Positions 61,401 through 64,000 of a stretch of 64,000 nt of DNA are shown here, in pieces. Every line of letters begins with the position of its first letter. Within the stretch, counting starts at the first letter, position 1. A program made the translations under genes and the position numbers. Under the pieces are notes generated by a model. That model saw nothing but the letters and a program-made list of their open reading frames with translations, had not been told where the DNA came from and ran no database searches. The stretch comes from Selaginella moellendorffii (taxonomy: Eukaryota; Plantae; Lycopodiophyta): positions 506,731 to 570,730 of the forward strand of contig NW_003314358.1 in the NCBI RefSeq assembly GCF_000143415.4. Reading direction: 5' to 3'.

Positions 61401-63991
61401 ACTGGTGGCGCGTCGAAGAAGGACAAACAGACAAGCAATAGGAAAAAAGGAGGTACAAATTATATTTGCAATGGCGTGTGGTCTCATGCCATTCCTTGCA
61501 GGAGACACTTCTTCAAAGGCAAAACAGGCAAGCACCAGCCAAGCTCAAACTGACAGTGGTCATAAAAAGCGAAAGCACGTTGGACAGTCGTCGGGATCAG
61601 AGGCGTTTGATTCGAAAAGGAAGAAGGGCAACGAAAAGATGATAGGTAATGCCTCGCGGTTATGGCGTGTGTGCTCATGCCATTCATTGCAGATCAAGGG
61701 CTGAGTGAAAGGAGCCAGTCACCACCTTCTGACTCAGATTCCTATGGCGGACTCCCCTTCCCCAATCTCAATGGAGAGGTACAATGGATGAGGGATGCTT
61801 TTCAAGTCAGGGCCACGTTTTTCTCATCTCGTCGTCTTCGAAGGGTGCAAGAACGTGCAGAAACCATGTTAAGACAGTCGGGTGAGGATACGGTCCTAGG
61901 TCACGCACTAAAACAGGCTATGGATGTCTTGTATTTTGAGATGGAGACTCGGCCAGATGATTTTTCCAAGATGGTCCTGGAAAAACAAGCAATCCAGCCT
62001 GAGCAGCCTATGGAAGAAATGCAAGAGGGGGATGAGGAGCCAGAGAAAGATAATGAGCAGGAAGAGCAGAAGGACGAAGAGGAGGACGAAGAAGAGGAGG
62101 ACGAAGAGGACTTGGATGGTCCTCACAATGGTGACGATCACAATAACGACGATGACGATGATGACGATGATGGCCAGCCTGAGGTGGCCAAAGAGCAGCG
62201 GAGGAAGGTCATACAAGACAAACCATCAGGTAAATAATAGTACATCCATTCCTAACCTTTTACCATTTCTAACATTGTCCATGTAGGTTGCAGAAGAAAT
62301 GGTAAGTAGAGATTATTCAGTTGAATTAAGATACAAACTCTAGCCTTTAGTGTCGAGGAAGGATAGTGCCAAGCAAGGGTCGAAACGTATGTCCAATCCT
62401 TCAGAATCAGCAGTGCGCCCAAGTGATATCGGTCCTAGTTCCTCAATAGCAGTTGATGGTAAATATAGTATAGTCGATTCAATGTGCTAATGAGTTTGTT
62501 TTTAGTAGCACGGGAGGATACCATCTCAATCGAAGGGAGATATTTGGACATGCATATGGATCCGCCAGTGGACTCTACTTGCATGCAAGAGTCATCAGAG
62601 CTGGTGGAGGCTACTATCCATATCAACGCCAAGCAAGCTGACCACGCTCCACTTGATGCTGCCCATACCACTGAGTCAATCTTGTCCACGTATCCAACTG
62701 ACGGTGACCAGGCGCCATTGGACCCGCATGAGGCCGCCCCAGCCGCCGAGCCGGTCGTATCCTCATTTCCAACGTGTGCCCAATCGTCTGACTACGCGCC
62801 GTTGGAACCTCTCTACACCGCCCCTGCTGCCTGTTCGGTCATGTCCACTTTGCCAACGGAGGCACCAGCTGAAATGGCGTGTGATCACACGCCATCGGAA
62901 CCACCCCATGCCACTGTTGAGCCAGTTGTACCAGAGTCTACAGCTGAAATGGCATGTGCCCACACGCCATCGGATGCGATTGACCCCACATTGCAGAGGA
63001 GAGTATTTCCGCCCTTCACGTTTCCTCGACCAAAACCCTCTGAACGACCATCGGGAGCACCATTCGCTAATATTGTAGATGGTAAAATTGACTTGTACCA
63101 TTTTTTATGCTAACGCATTTCATTTCAGAGTCACGGCGAAAGTACTGTATCGTTTTTGATCTGAACGGTGTCCTTTTCTCCCATGAGCGTGGCTCGTCCT
63201 CGAATGTCACTGCACCCTCCAAAGCCTGCGGTCGCAAGTTGGTCAAAAGAGACAGATTCACATTAATCACACGGGAGAAACTGCGGGATCTAATAATGAC
63301 CATGCGACACTTAAAACAGAGGGCCGGGTTCAATTTGCAATTGGGAGTTTGGACATCCATGATGTGCCACAATGCATTAACGTTGCTACAGATGATGCAC
63401 GATCAGACGCGAGTAATATTACCATTTGACTTTCTCCTAACGCAGGAGGATTGCTTGACTATGGTCCATGTGAGGGGTAGCAAGCCCATCTTCGTCAAGG
63501 CAGAGGCTGTAGTGATGAACCGGACTGCTAGGTCAAGTGAAATCCTCATCATCGATGACTCGCCGATTAAAACTGCAGCGAACACGCACACATATGCAGT
63601 GCACCCCATCTCTTGCAGTATGGAAACTAGGGAGAAGAAACCGTATGTTCTGGGGGACCTTGCAAAACGGCTTGAAGCGATGGTGATAGAGAACCGGCCA
63701 GTCCAGGAGGTGGCTGCAGAAATCAACCAAATGGCAGATGGAACGGTATATCAGAAGCCATTTGATCGGACAGACACCAGTCATCATTTATGGCATGTAT
63801 ATTGTCTAGCCAAGCACTATCCGCATCTCCATAATCTGTTCAACCGGATGGGTTCTTCGACCACTGAACATGAGCGTGGACGTATTAGAGAAGAGATGGC
63901 ATTACTATTGGGTTTAAATCCTGATAGTGTGGAGAGTGATGAAATTCCAAGATTATTGTATAGGCGTTGGAGGCAAAAAATAACAGTCTGA
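58419..63991 (+). CDS. Predicted 11-exon gene, ~1,625 aa: ParB/Srx-like domain + degenerate beta-class DNA methyltransferase-like domain + acidic linker + FCP1/NIF-type HAD phosphatase domain
   Basis: Exons 58419-58421, 58661-59836, 59891-61199, 61250-61324, 61381-61452, 61502-61645, 61693-62229, 62287-62301, 62351-62458, 62506-63081, 63129-63991. All introns are GT-AG and the frame stays open to TGA. Motifs FYAVSGQHS (ParB), NPKKAP...CVVEYNCGG...AALLKG (MTase X/I-like), and IVFDLNGVL / VWTSM / IIDDSP (HAD-NIF). Confidence 0.7.
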
Positions 63992-64000
63992 GATGGCATG

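Larger units (their letters stand above)
51426..64000. mobile_element. Large multi-gene DNA transposon (Sola1-like); termini not resolved, extends beyond the window
   Basis: Contains a DDD transposase and a divergent accessory gene. Extent is defined by the span of the 22-bp palindrome copies. No TIR or TSD can be verified because the right end is missing. Confidence 0.65.
51426..64000. repeat. Dispersed 22-bp palindrome ATGGCRTG-N-GGCC-N-CAYGCCAT, >20 copies
   Basis: Copies start at 51426, 51742, 51831, 53654, 53711, 55554, 55624, 55722, 56373, 56445, 57309, 57388, 57547, 57682, 58447, 58524, 58584, 59858, 61330, 61471, 61662, 62874, 62949 and 63993 (truncated). Some are degenerate. Confidence 0.92.

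Noticed and set aside
59837-61692. Introner (intron-generating transposon) interpretation of the motif-bearing introns
   Set aside because: The introns share only the 22-bp motif, not their ends or TSDs, and the same motif also occurs in intergenic and coding DNA.
51426-64000. CRISPR array interpretation of the palindromic repeats
   Set aside because: Spacing is irregular (tens of bp to ~1.8 kb), copies lie in introns and exons of eukaryotic genes, and no cas genes are present.

Overview
Plant genomic DNA, most likely a lycophyte such as Selaginella. This is an inference from the ~50-nt introns, 31-aa PPR repeats and a Tcn1-like chromovirus. The window has three zones. (1) 1-39,653 is a nest of LTR retrotransposons inside one non-coding element (family C), with most junctions confirmed by 5-bp TSDs. 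It holds a decayed chromodomain Ty3/gypsy (A), a young non-coding LARD-like element plus solo LTRs (B), a tRNA-independent, apparently self-priming chromovirus with a PEG10-type -1 frameshift site (D), and a 5S-bearing Cassandra TRIM. (2) 39.8-50.8 kb holds a PPR pseudogene, an orphan Q/E/P-rich gene, and a DEAH-box helicase pseudogene interrupted by an intact, very young Ty1/copia with non-canonical TA...TA termini. (3) ~51.4 kb to the window end is the most unusual part, a large DNA transposon. A Sola1-like DDD transposase is divergently transcribed from an 11-exon gene that splices into one ~1,625-aa protein: ParB-like domain + degenerate beta-class DNA methyltransferase fold + acidic linker + FCP1/NIF-type HAD phosphatase. 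This zone carries >20 copies of a 22-bp palindrome (ATGGCRTG-N-GGCC-N-CAYGCCAT), mostly in its introns and intergenic DNA. That suggests a parS-like, transposon-encoded self-recognition or anti-silencing system. All domain calls are by eye from motifs; no database searches were run.
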